DNA of 64,000 nucleotides, from the NCBI GenBank assembly GCA_036172245.1, contig JAYWIR010000002.1, forward strand, positions 1,364,001 through 1,428,000. The letters are read 5' to 3'. The notes under the pieces are model-generated. The model did no database searches and was not told the origin of the DNA. It saw only the letters and a program-made list of their open reading frames with translations. This DNA is from Raillietiella orientalis (lineage: Eukaryota). This document shows, piece by piece, positions 61,895-64,000 of this stretch (within the stretch, counting starts at the first letter, position 1; each line of letters opens with the position of its first letter). Position numbers and translations under genes: made by a program.

Positions 61895-64000
61895 AATAAA
61901 CTCCTCTATACATTTGTGGTTTAAGGCCCCACTAGGGCCAACACAACATAGGATCTGCCGGAACGCAGACCGACTTGACTCTCCTCGGCAGCGGAGGGGA
62001 ATGGGGGAAAAAACAAAAAGAAAAATGAAACAAAAATTAAATAAAAAAATACTCTGAAGTGCCAGGAAGGGATCACTGTCCGCTTGAAGGAGTGTCCATC
62101 CTTTGCAGGATGCCGTCGAGGTCCATCTTCCCAGGTGGGGCCATCTGGTGGCAATCCACAGGAAGCGAGCTGCGAATTCGATGACGTCCCTTTCGCTGCT
62201 TCCTCCGTTGCCTTCGCTCCACTCAGCCACAATCCCTCGGATGCAACAAAATGCAACCAGATCTGCAGCTGGTTTCAGGGCTTCCCGCACAAAGAGAAGC
62301 CTTAGAACGTCCCTAGGGGGTTGCCAACCGGGATCCGTAGGGTCGCCGAAAAACGTTCTCAAAGGGGCCGGAGGGCAACGCAGTCCACTAACAGATGCGA
62401 GGGATTCCCGTTCCTCGCACCTGGCACAGTTCGGGTTCACCCTCCCCAGCGTCCAGTGGTCGCGGAGCACATTGCAGGGAAGACCCCAGTGCAACAGCAC
62501 AAGCGCCGTTTCCTGCCACTTTAGGAGGATGATCCTCGTTTCTTTCAACACTGGGGACCACTTTAGGTCATCCGTCAGGATGCCGAGCAGTTCTCCCCAT
62601 CTCTGCAGTCCTCGTGGAAGGATGCTCAGGATGGATCGTGGCGTCCGCCAGCTGTCCCATGGTCCAACCACTCAACTTCTGCTCTTTGTCTGCTATCCGA
62701 CAGGAGACTCGTCACCTCGGGGTCCGGCTGCTGCCAAGTGCCCTCCTTAGGAAGGCATCGCCGTAGCTAGAGAGGTCGTCTCTGTCCACGTGCTCCTGGC
62801 GAGACAATCCAGTATGCTCCGCAGAGAGCAGTGGGCCTAGTTGCCGAGTCCCAAGCAGTTCCATCTCTCACTTCTTGGCTCGTTGAGTGTCGCCCACGTG
62901 CCAACTGTTTCCTCTAGCCATGCGCTAGAGTTGACGGGGCTGCATACCATCCAGCCGTTCTCCTTGGCCAGTGTAGCAATGAGTCCGAGAAGGAGGCCGC
63001 ATCTACAAATCTTCCGGTCGGGGCACAAAAGATGAGACGCAGTCCTTCAGAGAAGGGGGGCAGGAAGGAGAGGTGCGGAATCGTCTGGCTTTCCAGGTCT
63101 GCCGCTTCAGGCTACCGCTGGCGGGAAAAAGAACCGAACGCCCCCCTCCCATCCTTCAGTCTACTTTCTTTCCCCAAACTCTGCTGTCCTTCCGGTCCAA
63201 CCAACGGATCGAGTTGAGTCCACCGGTCCTGCTGATGCAGACCTCTGAGGAGCGCTCCGCTCTCCCCGTTAGTCGACCAGGAGCGGGGCGTGAAAGGAGG
63301 ATGAGGAGCAGAAAGGCCCCGTGGCGCAGACGGTGTGGAATGCGGACCGAGTGGGCTGAAGCAGCAGCCAAATCAGCAGTGGCCCGCGCAAGAACTCCTC
63401 CTGAGGAGCAGAACCGGAACCTCATCCACAAGAGCCGGAAGATCGACCACGCGGTCCGAGAAGGCAAAGCCGCAAAGCCCCTCCCAAAGTTCCTGAACCT
63501 CCCGTTCGTTCTTCCTCGTCAGGGCAGGTTTGAGGAGCCTCGCCGTCTTGGCGCCAGAGGACGTCAGTCCGGGCGGCGGAGGCTGGCAGGCAGGCCGGCA
63601 GGAGTTCGTACGCAGGACCGGGTCCACAGACCAGGAGTCAGCTGGTCTTTGCAGGGGTCGGAACAGCGAGTAAGGGGAGAGGACGGACACCGGAGACGGC
63701 ACTGTTGCCTGCTGCTGCAAGAGCTGGGAAGAGAGCCGTATCCATCCATGCAGAGTCGGGAGGAGCGCGCGCGGACGTCCTTTCAGAAGAGCGAGGCATC
63801 CCTGGAGAGACGGAAAAGAAACTCCGGAGAAGGGGAGGGAGGAGAGATGAGCCCACTTCTCTCCGTTTCCTCTCTCTTTTCCAGCTTCCCCTTCGCACCT
63901 TCCCGGCCGACCAGCGAGCGTGGCATGTGTCGTCATCGCTTGGATGAGTCCTGCGAGACTCCTGCACGGGGCGTGGGCTCTCGAAGCACTCTTGGACGGA
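61863..64000 (-). mobile_element. Decayed L1/Tx1-like LINE (copy E; RT + C-terminal Cys domain + 3' UTR), continues beyond window end
   Basis: LHGW..RQQCRLRCPSSP (RT4-like), LLHWGLPCN..NPNCARCEERESLA (C-terminal Cys motif), CCIRGIV..RWPHLG homologous to copy D. DNA-level match gggatcactgt..cccaggtggggccatct with 23281-23372. Confidence 0.75.

Overview
This is a eukaryotic, arthropod-like genomic window; the lineage is inferred from the SBDS, SRSF1 and LC8 protein sequences and the many 43-72 bp introns. Five intact housekeeping genes sit in AT-rich, CpG-poor islands: SBDS (+), SRSF1/SF2 (-), dynein light chain LC8 (+), COQ5 (-) and a four-domain carboxypeptidase D (+). They are tightly paired, two pairs tail-to-tail and one head-to-head with ATGs 64 bp apart. 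Between them lie GC/CpG-rich blocks of heavily decayed material: a ~16 kb nest of non-LTR retrotransposons (mostly L1/Tx1-like), probable Helitron remnants, a tyrosine-kinase-like pseudogene, and two decayed copies of a carboxylic-acid-reductase-like (A-T-R, NRPS-like) gene. Four signals stand out. (1) Five highly diverged LINE copies all end in the same AATAAA + CCCGG-N5-CCGGG hairpin terminus. (2) There are paired CAR-like NRPS pseudogenes in an animal genome. (3) The SRSF1 3' UTR appears to hold several introns and a 19-nt microexon. (4) Only domain I of the CPD keeps its catalytic residues. Gene models were read by eye, and TE/pseudogene boundaries are approximate.
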